The translations under genes and the position numbers were made by a program. This document shows positions 17,785 through 27,400 of a stretch of DNA of 48,210 bases, in pieces; positions within the stretch are counted from its first letter, which is position 1; each line of letters opens with the position of its first letter. This stretch comes from Cyanobacteria bacterium J06626_4 (GTDB lineage Bacteria; Cyanobacteriota; Cyanobacteriia; Phormidesmidales; Phormidesmidaceae): assembly GCA_038523235.1 (NCBI GenBank), contig JBCBJQ010000041.1, forward strand, positions 1 to 48,210, read 5' to 3'. Under the pieces are notes generated by a model. The model ran no database searches and was not told where the DNA came from. It worked only from the letters and a program-made list of their open reading frames with translations.

Positions 17785-19410
17785 TTAAGATTGGCCTTCA
17801 ATGACAAATTCCATTAATCGGCCTTGAGGGCTCCCAAATCGTAGTTGAGTGCCTGTTTCTAAGCCGATTTCCCGGCGATGCACATGTTGCCATTCGTCTT
17901 CTAACAAGCAAAACGTGCCGTAGCGCGAGTTGTCTTTCAGGTAATAGGCCACGGTTTCGGTACTGGGGTCGTCAACACGACTCGATTGTCGGTAAAAGAT
18001 TTCGGCATGGCTGCCCGAAACCCAGGGCTCTGGAATGACGACATCGTTTTCGGGGCGGCGGCCGACTTTGAGCGTGCCCCCGTAGAGATACCAAACCAGG
18101 TGCGGCTCGCCCACAGCCCTAATGGCTGCGATGGGGCTGGGAGCTAATTCTCCTGGCAGGCGCGTGATATCGGTATCTTCTTTGGACAAAAATTGGCTAT
18201 CGAAATCAGGGTGGCGATAGAGGACTGGGAGGGTCCAAGCGGGCTGATTGAATTTATAGACAGTGAGTAGATGTTGACGGGCGATCGCCACGGCGCGATC
18301 AACCGGTTGGCGCTCAGCCAGGGCTTGCGCAAAGATTTGAATAAAACTGAGGGCTTCGTCATCGGAGATCGAATCGCGCATTGCAATGACTGCGGGGACG
18401 CCGTGATGGAGCAAGACCTCAGCTAAGCTACTGCGCGGCATAGTGCTTTGCTGTTGTTGATCGGGCTGCGCGCCCCAACAGGTGTTAAATACCGCTAATT
18501 TGACTCGATTGCGTGTGAGTACCTGGGCGAGTTCGGTGCCATTGAGTGTTGACTGAGCCTGCAAAAAGATCAGTCCACCATCTGGCGCCGGCACTCCATG
18601 CCCGGCGTAAAAGAAGACGTTATAGGCCCCTTGCTCAAGGGTTTTGACTAAGCCGGCGGCGCGCGGTCGCACTAATACATCGACCTGACAGGGGGCGGCG
18701 GCGCGCCGCTTCGTGAGCCCCGAGGTGCTTTCACCAAGCAAAACGCGTTTGAGCAACTGGGCTTCGGTCTCGAGCTGCAACGTATCCGGTATGCCGCGAG
18801 CGTTCGTCTCCTGGCCGGGCACATCCGGTTCGCCAAGCACAAGGAGAATCTTGAGGCCCGGATCTAACCCGACGTCAGCCAGGGGATCGACATCGCTGGT
18901 GGTGCGGCTAAAGCGAATATGTTCATTCAGCGACATGGCCTGCCGCCCAGTTTGGGGCTGCATAATTTCCCACGGCAGCCGGATCAAATCAGGATCGCGG
19001 ATATCTAAACAGAGGGAAAGCGGATTACCCTGTCCCATCGCGATGCCTAAGCTTTGATCGAGGCTCCGTTTGATGACGCCATCGAACAGCCATTGCCAGA
19101 GGCGCACCCCTAGCGTCTGCATCAAGCGCCCGGTATAGCCTCGTTTCGTGCCGGGTTCCGCAGGCGTGGGGTCAGCGGCGACAAACTGGGGCACATAGGC
19201 AGACGGCACGTGGGGCACCTGCGGCAATCCCCGTAGGGAGAACAGATCGAGCCAGGTGGCCCAAATTTGTTCAAGCTCATCCGTCCAGGGGCGATCGTGA
19301 TGCACATAGCCGCCAGGATACGGAGCGTCAACGACCCAAATGGCATAGTGGGGGGTGTCAGCCGTTGATAGCCGCTCGATGGCGATCCGCAGGTGAGTTG
19401 GCTCTGACAT
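17785..19410 (-). CDS. HetF-like CHAT (caspase-fold) protease with C-terminal FHA domain
   Basis: RLPWE, FYAGHG (His), VFNTCWG (Cys), VPAVIAMR, WTLPVLY; FHA motifs VGRRPEND, VSGSHA, DNSRYGT. Confidence 0.88.
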   Translation of the reverse strand: MSEPTHLRIAIERLSTADTPHYAIWVVDAPYPGGYVHHDRPWTDELEQIWATWLDLFSLRGLPQVPHVPSAYVPQFVAADPTPAEPGTKRGYTGRLMQTLGVRLWQWLFDGVIKRSLDQSLGIAMGQGNPLSLCLDIRDPDLIRLPWEIMQPQTGRQAMSLNEHIRFSRTTSDVDPLADVGLDPGLKILLVLGEPDVPGQETNARGIPDTLQLETEAQLLKRVLLGESTSGLTKRRAAAPCQVDVLVRPRAAGLVKTLEQGAYNVFFYAGHGVPAPDGGLIFLQAQSTLNGTELAQVLTRNRVKLAVFNTCWGAQPDQQQQSTMPRSSLAEVLLHHGVPAVIAMRDSISDDEALSFIQIFAQALAERQPVDRAVAIARQHLLTVYKFNQPAWTLPVLYRHPDFDSQFLSKEDTDITRLPGELAPSPIAAIRAVGEPHLVWYLYGGTLKVGRRPENDVVIPEPWVSGSHAEIFYRQSSRVDDPSTETVAYYLKDNSRYGTFCLLEDEWQHVHRREIGLETGTQLRFGSPQGRLMEFVIEGQS

Positions 19411-19510
19411 CGAAAAACGCTGTGTCACAGGATAGTAAACGCGGACTGGCAGACTTGTTCTGGCAAAAATTCTAGCCAGACTCCGAGATGTGAGTCTTTA
19501 TCGAATCTCG

Positions 19511-21745
19511 TTAGTCAATACACAATCCCTGCTGAGTCACGGATGTGTCAAGCAATTGCTCAGCAAAAACGGGTAAGTCAGCCTGCAGTAGCCAGCCCTG
19601 ATCGCCCGCTTGCGCTAGGGGAAGCAAGCGATCGCGCGGTTCAGGAGGTAGCTCAGCAGGCTCAGTTGCCGCGGGCGGCGGTACTGGCTCCGCCGTTTCT
19701 GAGGCGGTAGAACACACTTTAAGACGCACCCAAAGTCGACCATCGGGAGTCCTTTGTCGACTGTTAACTTGCACGATACTACCAATCGACAGCAAGCGCT
19801 CGGGTAAATCGACTGCTGCGGGGGGCGCACCTGTCGGGGGCGTCTGGGTAGTCAGGAGCGTCGCGGCCGCAGAGGGGTCAGGCAGCTGTTGAATTTGCAA
19901 ATAATCGCCCACGGCCAGCTCGGCGGCGGTATCAGCCTCATCGATTGTGGGAGGCACCGCTGAAGGGGAGAGGGTTTCCCCTGACTCGGCCGTGGGCTCA
20001 AGGGGGGCGATCGCGCCGTTGCGGCGACTTAGCCACTGCCAACCGAGGGTGCTGCCGAGACCCAACAGCGCCACCATCACAACTCCCGTGAGCCAGCGTA
20101 GCCCAGAGCGGGGTGGGCGGTGCCTGGGCGCTGGCGGTAGGGCGGTGGCCGGAGCCGCCAGACTGGGCGCTGGGGCGACCGCCTGCAGGGGCGGCGGGGC
20201 CAGCAACGGTTGATCTGCAAGATCAACTGGCACCGCTGTCGGGCGATCTGCGGGCTCGACTTTGAGGCGCAGGAGGCCCACCGTAACATTGTCATGGCCG
20301 TTATGGGTGTTTGCTAGACCGATTAACCGTTGTGTGGCGCTACCCACATCCATCTCACCGTTCAATACGGGCACGAGTTCTGATGACCATAGGTGATCAA
20401 TCAGGTCATTGTCGCTAAGCCCATCCGAGCACAGCAGCAGCACACTATCCGTCGCCAGCGGATACAGTTTAACGGTGGGATGCAAATGGCTGGCGTCAGC
20501 CATCCCCAATGCCTGCACTAGGGCTCCGGCTCCCGGCTGTTGCAGGGCATCTTGATAGAGTCCTAGCCCTAACCGCATCTCGCGGGCTGCCACATCATCG
20601 TCCAGGGTGATTTGCCGACAGCTATGCGATCGCACGCGATAGGCGCGACTATCGCCCAGGTGGGCGACGTAGAGGCGACCGCCATACACTAGCCCCACCA
20701 CGATGGTCGTGCCCATGCGATCCCGATCCTGACGCTGATCGGCATCATTGCGGATCGTAATTGCTTGGTTCGCCGCGATAATGGCTTCCTTTAAAGCCGC
20801 TACCACCTGGCGATGATCAACCGCCGGCCCCTTGAGCAACGGGTTGAGTCGCTGGCTGACCTCAGCGATCGCCAAATGTGAGGCGACATCGCCCCCCTGG
20901 TGTCCCCCGACGCCATCACAGACCACTACCAGAGCCGGGGCTGACCTGCGGCCACTCATCGCTACCTGGCGCACGGCACCGCTCTCGGGATAGCAGGCAT
21001 CTTCGTTGCGTTGGCGAGTTGGCCCCTGATCAGAGGCTGTCGCTAGTTGGACAGTGAGTGTTTGCTGGCTAGAAATTGCGGCAATTGCCTGCACCAGCGA
21101 ATAGACCAAGCCGGCAGCACTGCCCTGGCCCGCAATTAAATGGTCGGTCAAGCGGGTGAGATAGTCGCGGATTGCTGGATCTGCGGTGGCAAGCCACGGC
21201 TGCCACTGCTGACCTAAGTCTCCTAAGGTGATGGCGGTGGCTTGCGCTTCCAGGCAGAGCAGGCGGAGGTCTTCGCCCTCGACTCGCAGGTGCTGCCAGT
21301 CCAGCAAGGTATGGGCTAATTGCTGATTCACACAGGGCTGCCACAGCTTGGCGATCTGCCGCAGCCAAGCCAGTTGGTGTAGCGCCGTGGCTCCCGGCCA
21401 ACTCTTCGTCAGCGTTGGCAATAGGGTGGGGGTGGGGCGAACCGTTTCCTGCAGGGGAATTTCTTCGAGCAGCAATAATGCACTCTGGCCGTTGGGGTGC
21501 AAAACCTGAGTGAACGGCCGGGGAATATTGACCGAAAAAGGTGAAAGGGCGAGATAAGGCACCGCTAGGGGCGGCACACTGGCTAAGGGCGGTGGTGGTG
21601 ATTGAGGCTGCTGATCTTGCACTAGCGGAAAGTCAATCACCTGGTAGCGACCCGCTAGCACCGTGCCAGCGGGCACAGACGCCGATGAGGCTGGCCCCTG
21701 GGCCCACAAAAATCGGCGCACTGGCGGCAGTTGCGGACTAGGCAT
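19511..21745 (-). CDS. Membrane-anchored PP2C-family Ser/Thr phosphatase
   Basis: SDQGPTRQRNED, VCDGVGG, MGTT, HLGDSRAY, CSDGL and GHDNVT motifs; Pro-rich linker, one TM, C-terminal external domain. Confidence 0.9.
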   Translation of the reverse strand: MPSPQLPPVRRFLWAQGPASSASVPAGTVLAGRYQVIDFPLVQDQQPQSPPPPLASVPPLAVPYLALSPFSVNIPRPFTQVLHPNGQSALLLLEEIPLQETVRPTPTLLPTLTKSWPGATALHQLAWLRQIAKLWQPCVNQQLAHTLLDWQHLRVEGEDLRLLCLEAQATAITLGDLGQQWQPWLATADPAIRDYLTRLTDHLIAGQGSAAGLVYSLVQAIAAISSQQTLTVQLATASDQGPTRQRNEDACYPESGAVRQVAMSGRRSAPALVVVCDGVGGHQGGDVASHLAIAEVSQRLNPLLKGPAVDHRQVVAALKEAIIAANQAITIRNDADQRQDRDRMGTTIVVGLVYGGRLYVAHLGDSRAYRVRSHSCRQITLDDDVAAREMRLGLGLYQDALQQPGAGALVQALGMADASHLHPTVKLYPLATDSVLLLCSDGLSDNDLIDHLWSSELVPVLNGEMDVGSATQRLIGLANTHNGHDNVTVGLLRLKVEPADRPTAVPVDLADQPLLAPPPLQAVAPAPSLAAPATALPPAPRHRPPRSGLRWLTGVVMVALLGLGSTLGWQWLSRRNGAIAPLEPTAESGETLSPSAVPPTIDEADTAAELAVGDYLQIQQLPDPSAAATLLTTQTPPTGAPPAAVDLPERLLSIGSIVQVNSRQRTPDGRLWVRLKVCSTASETAEPVPPPAATEPAELPPEPRDRLLPLAQAGDQGWLLQADLPVFAEQLLDTSVTQQGLCID

Positions 21746-21842
21746 ACTTAGCGATCGTACTTATCATCAGCAACTCAGCGACGGCAGCACCGGTCAAAGC
21801 TAAGCAATTGTGACACAGTTCCTGCCTGATCGCCTGATAGGC

Positions 21843-22190
21843 TCAAGCCTCAGCCTGAGCATCGGCCACTACCTGGGGTAAACCCATGCTGTAGTTCAGT
21901 ACCCGACTTTTGAGGTTGTAGCTGATGTCGCCTGCTTGCAGTTGCTGTTTGATGAAGTGTTCGAGGTCGGAGCCAATGCGGCGTAGATTGTAATCTGTGA
22001 GGTCGGCTCCGGCAGAAGCCGCTACAAGCCGATCAAACTCCTCGTTAACCTGCTTAAGGGCTTCGTCACTCCAGGTGAATTCGTTATCAGGGTCAATGTC
22101 AAGGGTTAACACTGACTCACTAGGAACCAGCTCATCATTGACGACTTCAGCGGCATAAATCAAAACGTGGCGAGTGGTCGATTTCAGCAT
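21843..22190 (-). CDS. ndhM: NAD(P)H-quinone oxidoreductase subunit M
   Basis: MLKSTTRHVLIY...LTLDIDPDNEF...YNLRRIGSDLEHFI...NYSMGLPQV; start placed at ATG 22190 rather than 22283. Confidence 0.93.
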   Translation of the reverse strand: MLKSTTRHVLIYAAEVVNDELVPSESVLTLDIDPDNEFTWSDEALKQVNEEFDRLVAASAGADLTDYNLRRIGSDLEHFIKQQLQAGDISYNLKSRVLNYSMGLPQVVADAQAEA

Positions 22191-22444
22191 TGCCCTTGTA
22201 CTCAGTGGATAGTCCGCAAAATCTACTGCCATTGTAAGGGGAGAGCGGTCGACCGTTGGATAGAGATTCGCTGGCCCAACCATAACGAGGGCTGGTTGGG
22301 CTCGCGGCGATCGCCCGCGATTGACGTCGTGACCGTGGCCAATCGCACCGCCGGTGCCTCATGAAGTCCTAACTGACGAAGTTTTGCCAGTCGGGGAACC
22401 TCCTGCTTCACAATAGACCTACTGAATCCCCATTTGAATTGGCT

Positions 22445-23656
22445 ATGACTCATTCCCTCGATCGCATTCTTGAGCGGGCTCTCGCCGGCGCCGATCTAAC
22501 CCCAACCGAGGGGGTACAGCTTCTTCTGCAGCGTGACCCAGCGGTGATCGCGGCGATTCAGGGGGCGGCTGATCAGTTACGCCAACAGCAGGTGGGCGAT
22601 ACCGTTACCTACGTCATCAACCGCAACCTCAACTTCACCAATATTTGTGAACAGCACTGTAGTTTTTGTGCGTTTCGCCGTGATGCGGATACTGATGGGG
22701 CCTTTTGGCTTGATTGGGAAACCATGCGGGCTAAAGCGGCGGCCGCCGTCGCCTTAGGCGCGACAGAAATTTGTATGCAGGGCGGCTTGAACCCTGCCGC
22801 TAAGGTCGCAGGCAGTAGCCTGAAGTATTACCTGCAGCTGCTCAGCAATCTCAAAACCGAGTTTCCCCAGCTCCATCTCCATGCTTTTTCACCCCAAGAA
22901 GTCCAGTTCATCGCGCGCGAAGATCGGCTGAGTTACGCCGATGTGATTATCGCCTTGCAAGCAGCGGGCGTGGGGTCATTGCCAGGGACCGCTGCAGAAG
23001 TATTGGATGATCAGGTGCGGCGGGTACTGTGTCCAGAAAAAATCAACACAGCGACCTGGCTAGAAATTGTCGGGTTGGCCCATCAGTTGGGGGTGCCAAC
23101 CACCAGCACATTGCTCTGCGGCCATATCGAAACGCCAGAGCAGCAAATTACGCATCTAGACCACCTGCGGCAACTGCAGCAGCGGGCGATCGCCCAGCAG
23201 TTGCCCGCCCGCATTACCGAATTTGTGTTGCTGCCCTTTGTGGGCCAAGACGCCCCGCCCTCTCTACGTCGTCGTGTTGGTCGAGACCAGCCGGATCTGG
23301 CAGCGGCGTTGCAACTGACGGCGGTAGCTCGACTGTATCTCGGCAATTGGATTCCCAATCATCAGCCCAGCTGGGTCAAATTGGGCCTCAACGGTGCGAC
23401 TACGGCGCTGCGCTGGGGCTGCAACGATCTTGGCGGCACGCTGATGGAAGAACACATCACCACTATGGCTGGCGCCCAGGGCGGCACTGCCATGACGGTC
23501 GGCGAGCTGACGGGGGCGATCGCGGCGATCAACCGGCCCGCCCAACAGCGCGATACCGTTTATCGGCTGCTTTCCCCGGCGGAGTCTTCATCGAGTTCAG
23601 CAGCTGACGCGTCGTCAGAGACGGTGTCTGTTGGGCGGGCCCCATCAATCGGATAA
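22445..23656 (+). CDS. cofH: FO synthase subunit 2 (radical SAM)
   Basis: [55 protein letters not shown]. Confidence 0.92.
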   Translation: MTHSLDRILERALAGADLTPTEGVQLLLQRDPAVIAAIQGAADQLRQQQVGDTVTYVINRNLNFTNICEQHCSFCAFRRDADTDGAFWLDWETMRAKAAAAVALGATEICMQGGLNPAAKVAGSSLKYYLQLLSNLKTEFPQLHLHAFSPQEVQFIAREDRLSYADVIIALQAAGVGSLPGTAAEVLDDQVRRVLCPEKINTATWLEIVGLAHQLGVPTTSTLLCGHIETPEQQITHLDHLRQLQQRAIAQQLPARITEFVLLPFVGQDAPPSLRRRVGRDQPDLAAALQLTAVARLYLGNWIPNHQPSWVKLGLNGATTALRWGCNDLGGTLMEEHITTMAGAQGGTAMTVGELTGAIAAINRPAQQRDTVYRLLSPAESSSSSAADASSETVSVGRAPSIG

Positions 23657-24273
23657 AGCGCCCCCGCGCGGCAGTCTCGCAGCCACAATTTGACCGCCTG
23701 ACCTACAAACCCTTCGCTACTTTCTTGGGGGGGGCTGGGTGGACGATCAGTGGTCGCTGGGGCCACCCGCGAAAAAATTAGCACCAGCCGCCAGCCGTTT
23801 TCGACAGGGGTGAGAAACAACCAGTGGTATTGCTCTAGATTGACGACCGCCGTCGCCGTGTATTGCCGCTCTAGGGTGGTGAAGAAAACTTGCTGCACCG
23901 TTTCGGCAGAGGTGAGCGGGGTGTCGCTGAAGCTTTGAGGCGAAATCGCCAACGGTTCTAATTCGGCCCGCCCCGCCAAGAGCATGGTGCCATAGCCGCT
24001 CAGGTCAGCATCGCTGGGCAAACTCCGAGCTGCTACCCGGTTCGTATAGCTGGGCAAATCCCGCAGCAGTCCCGTCACCAGCGTCTCCATATCCTCGGGG
24101 CAGGCCATGGGGGGCCGCAGAAAGGGGGCCGCGTCTTCGACCACTTCGGCGTCAGTCACGGGTTCCGGCACCGGTTCCGGGGCGGCGATCGCGATTAGCG
24201 GCAGCGTCATCACCGCCCCCAGTAGGCCCCCTATCGCCAGCCCAATTTTGCTTGTGAGCTTGTGGCTAATCAC
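23560..24273 (-). CDS. Exported conserved hypothetical protein
   Basis: Signal peptide; CP...[28 protein letters not shown] and AVKLWLRDC blocks with two Cys. Confidence 0.75.
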   Translation of the reverse strand: MISHKLTSKIGLAIGGLLGAVMTLPLIAIAAPEPVPEPVTDAEVVEDAAPFLRPPMACPEDMETLVTGLLRDLPSYTNRVAARSLPSDADLSGYGTMLLAGRAELEPLAISPQSFSDTPLTSAETVQQVFFTTLERQYTATAVVNLEQYHWLFLTPVENGWRLVLIFSRVAPATTDRPPSPPQESSEGFVGQAVKLWLRDCRAGALYPIDGARPTDTVSDDASAAELDEDSAGESSR

Positions 24274-24477
24274 CTAGTTAACGCCTCCTAGCGCGCAACT
24301 CAACCGCTAACTGCGACCCTAACCTATCGCGATGGCCGCAATTCGCAACGAAAGATTGCAATTTCTCGCGCTCGAAATCTCATATCCTTAGTATCCTTAT
24401 CGGAAAATCCTGTTAGCAGGACATTGGCACGATAGCCAGATGATCTTCATCCGATCACTGGTGATAAGTATGGGGAA

Positions 24478-27400
24478 ATGGTCATGGTGCGAAATCGCTC
24501 ATTATTTGTCTGGCTTTTAGTAGTGGCTTGTCTGGCTCCGCCAGCGATGGCGGGCTCTCGTTCGGCTAACAGCTGGCTGGCCCAAGCGGATATTGACAAT
24601 CCGGATGCGGTCGATGATCCTGACGCGCCAGATGATCTTGACGCGCCGTTAGAGGCGACGCCTGAACCTCCCGCCGACACCGCGCCCGCTGCCCCGGTTG
24701 ATGCCCCTGACATGCCGTTAGAAGCGACGCCTGCCCCCCCGGCTGACACCGCGCCTGCAGCCCCAACTGGGTTTGTCCCGCCTGAACAGTTGCCAGAAGG
24801 CACTAATCTCACCATCGAAGGCTCTTCTAGCATGGCGGTGATTACGCAGGCTTTGATCCAACAGTTTCAAGCCGCCTATCCCAATGCCAGTGTCACCCTG
24901 ACGGAGCAGCCAGCGGATGTGGCCTTGACTAATCTGCAAACGGCCACGGCTGATCTCGCTGCGATCGGTCGTCCCCTGACCGAGGAACAGCTGGCTCAAA
25001 ACCTGCGGGAAGTCTCGATCAGTCGTGAGAAGGTCGCGGTCATTGTCAGCGCCGATAATCCCTTTGAAGATCAGCTAGAAGCCGCTGACTTTGTGCGCAT
25101 CTTTCGAGGCGAAATCACTAACTGGGTCGAGTTAGGGGGCCCTGACTTGCCCATTCGCCTCGTCGATCGCCCAGCAACCAGTGATACTCGCGCCGCCTTG
25201 GGCAATTACGAGATTTTTGACGGGGATCTCACCACGGGTGATAACGTTACGCAGGTGCCCAGCGATAGCACTGCCGAAGTGGTGGAGGCTCTCGGTGATA
25301 ACGGTATTGGCTATGCCATTGCCAGCCAGGTGATTGGTCAAGATAATGTGCGGGTGCTGTCGATGCACGGCACGCTGCCGGATGATCCTCGCTATCCCTA
25401 CTCGCAGCCGCGCAACTATGTGTATCGCGGTACCGACACGTTGCCGATTGAGGTCGAAGCCTTTCTCGCTCTTGCCACTAATGCCCAAGGGCAAGAGACG
25501 GTGGCTCAAGCCAAGGCGGCTGAGGCGGCTGATGTGGCCGCCGCGGAGCTGCCTGATAAGGTCTCCGCTATGCGCCCCAATGGTCAAGGCTTTGTGACTG
25601 GCGATCGCGCGGGGAATCTCAACTTTTGGAACGCTGACGGTACCCCGGCGGGTGACCCGGTCGCGGCCCATACCGGCCCCGTGACCGCGCTTGCTTTTAG
25701 TGCTGATGGTCAACGGCTGATTAGCGGCGGCGCCGATGGCACTATTCGCCTGTGGGATGCCGTGGGTACGCCCATCGGCGACCCGATTAATGCGGGCAAT
25801 GGGCCAGTCACCAGCCTGACAATCCAGCCTGATGGTCGCTTCATTAGCGCTAGCGCCGATGGTACTCTACAGCTTTGGGACGATACGGGTAACCCGATTG
25901 GTGGCCCCATCACTGGCCATGAAGATGCTGTGCGCGACATGGTGTTGAATCCCGATGGCACCCAGCTTACGACGGCGTCAAAGGACGGGACTATCCGCCA
26001 ATGGAATACCGCCGATGGCATGCCCCAAGGAGAACCTTGGACGGGGCATCAGGGAGCGGTTCAGGCGCTAGCGGCTAAACCCGACGGCACGTTTGTTTCT
26101 GGCGGTGCTGACGGCACCGTGCGCCAGTGGGATGCTAGCGGGACTCCCGTCGGCGAGCCCTTACCCGTCTCTGGCCCCGTCACAGCGATCGCCGCCAATG
26201 CCAGCGGCACCAGTGTGGCCGTTGGTGATGATACGGGAGCACTGCAATACCTGTCTGGGGAAGGCGTGCCCGTCGGCCCCGCCATCACCGATGTGGGTGC
26301 CCCGATTGATGATTTGGCGTTCACCCCCGATGGTCAACGCTTGGTGGTGAGTGCTGGAGCAGTGCCCCAACTGCGCGATAGCACCGGCCAATCCGTTCCC
26401 ATTCCCACTGCAGAGGCCGAGACAGCGGACTCGGAGGCGGCTGGCCTACCGCCTGAGCTGTTAGACCTCTGGCAACGTTTACGGCAGCTGCCGCCCCAAG
26501 TGCTGTGGATTATTCCCGTGGTGGTGCTGGGCTTACTGCTCTTGGGGCTACTCCGCAGCTTCCGCCAAGATGAAGATGATGATTTTGACGAGGAACCGGT
26601 GAACCTGCTGCCCGGCGACGTTACCGAGGCTGACACTGATTTCACCAATACTGACTTGACCAATAGCGACTTGACTGGTGACGACTTCGCCAGCACTGAT
26701 TTCACGAGTCCCGACCCGTCTCGTAGCGAGGTCTCTGGTATCAGTCCACAAGAGGCTACTAGCTCCCTGGATGCGTCTTTGGCGCGGGCTAAGCAAACCC
26801 TGGCTGAAGGGGTCAGCCTCGGCAACGCGGGTCGTTATCAAGAGGCTCTAGATCGCTTCAATAAGTCGATTGAACTGGCTGATATTGAACGCCTAAAAGC
26901 CGCTGCAGCGGGTACGGCCTTGGTGGGTGCCAGTGCTGTCATTGCTCGCGGGCTCGCCCGCCGAGGCACTGCGTTTGCTAACTTAGGCCGCACTGACGAT
27001 GCCTTGCAGAGCATCAACCGCGCTTTAGAAATGGATCCCAATGAGGCCGCTGCGTGGATTGGTAAAGGGAACGTTTTGGTGCAAAAGGGCCAATTGGATG
27101 AAGCGCTGTTTTGTTTTGATAAAGCGATCGAACTTAACCCTAACCTGGCGGCTGCCTGGCAAGGCAAAGGCAAAGCCCTACAAAAGATGGGACGCGATGC
27201 AGAAGCTCGTAACGCCTTTGCGCAGGCCGGTGCTCTCGGTGGCGTTAGCGAAGATATCCCGATTGAGTTGGGCACACCCGTGGACGAGATGCCGACAACG
27301 GAATATCCCCCAACGGGCTTCAGCGGCAGCGACTTTAGCAGCGATGACTTCAGTGACAGTGATTTTGCCGTTCCCTCCATAACGCCCAGCTCGCCATCAC

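Noticed and set aside
22191..22283. N-terminal extension of NdhM in the ORF track
   Set aside because: Family similarity begins at MLKSTTRH (ATG 22190).
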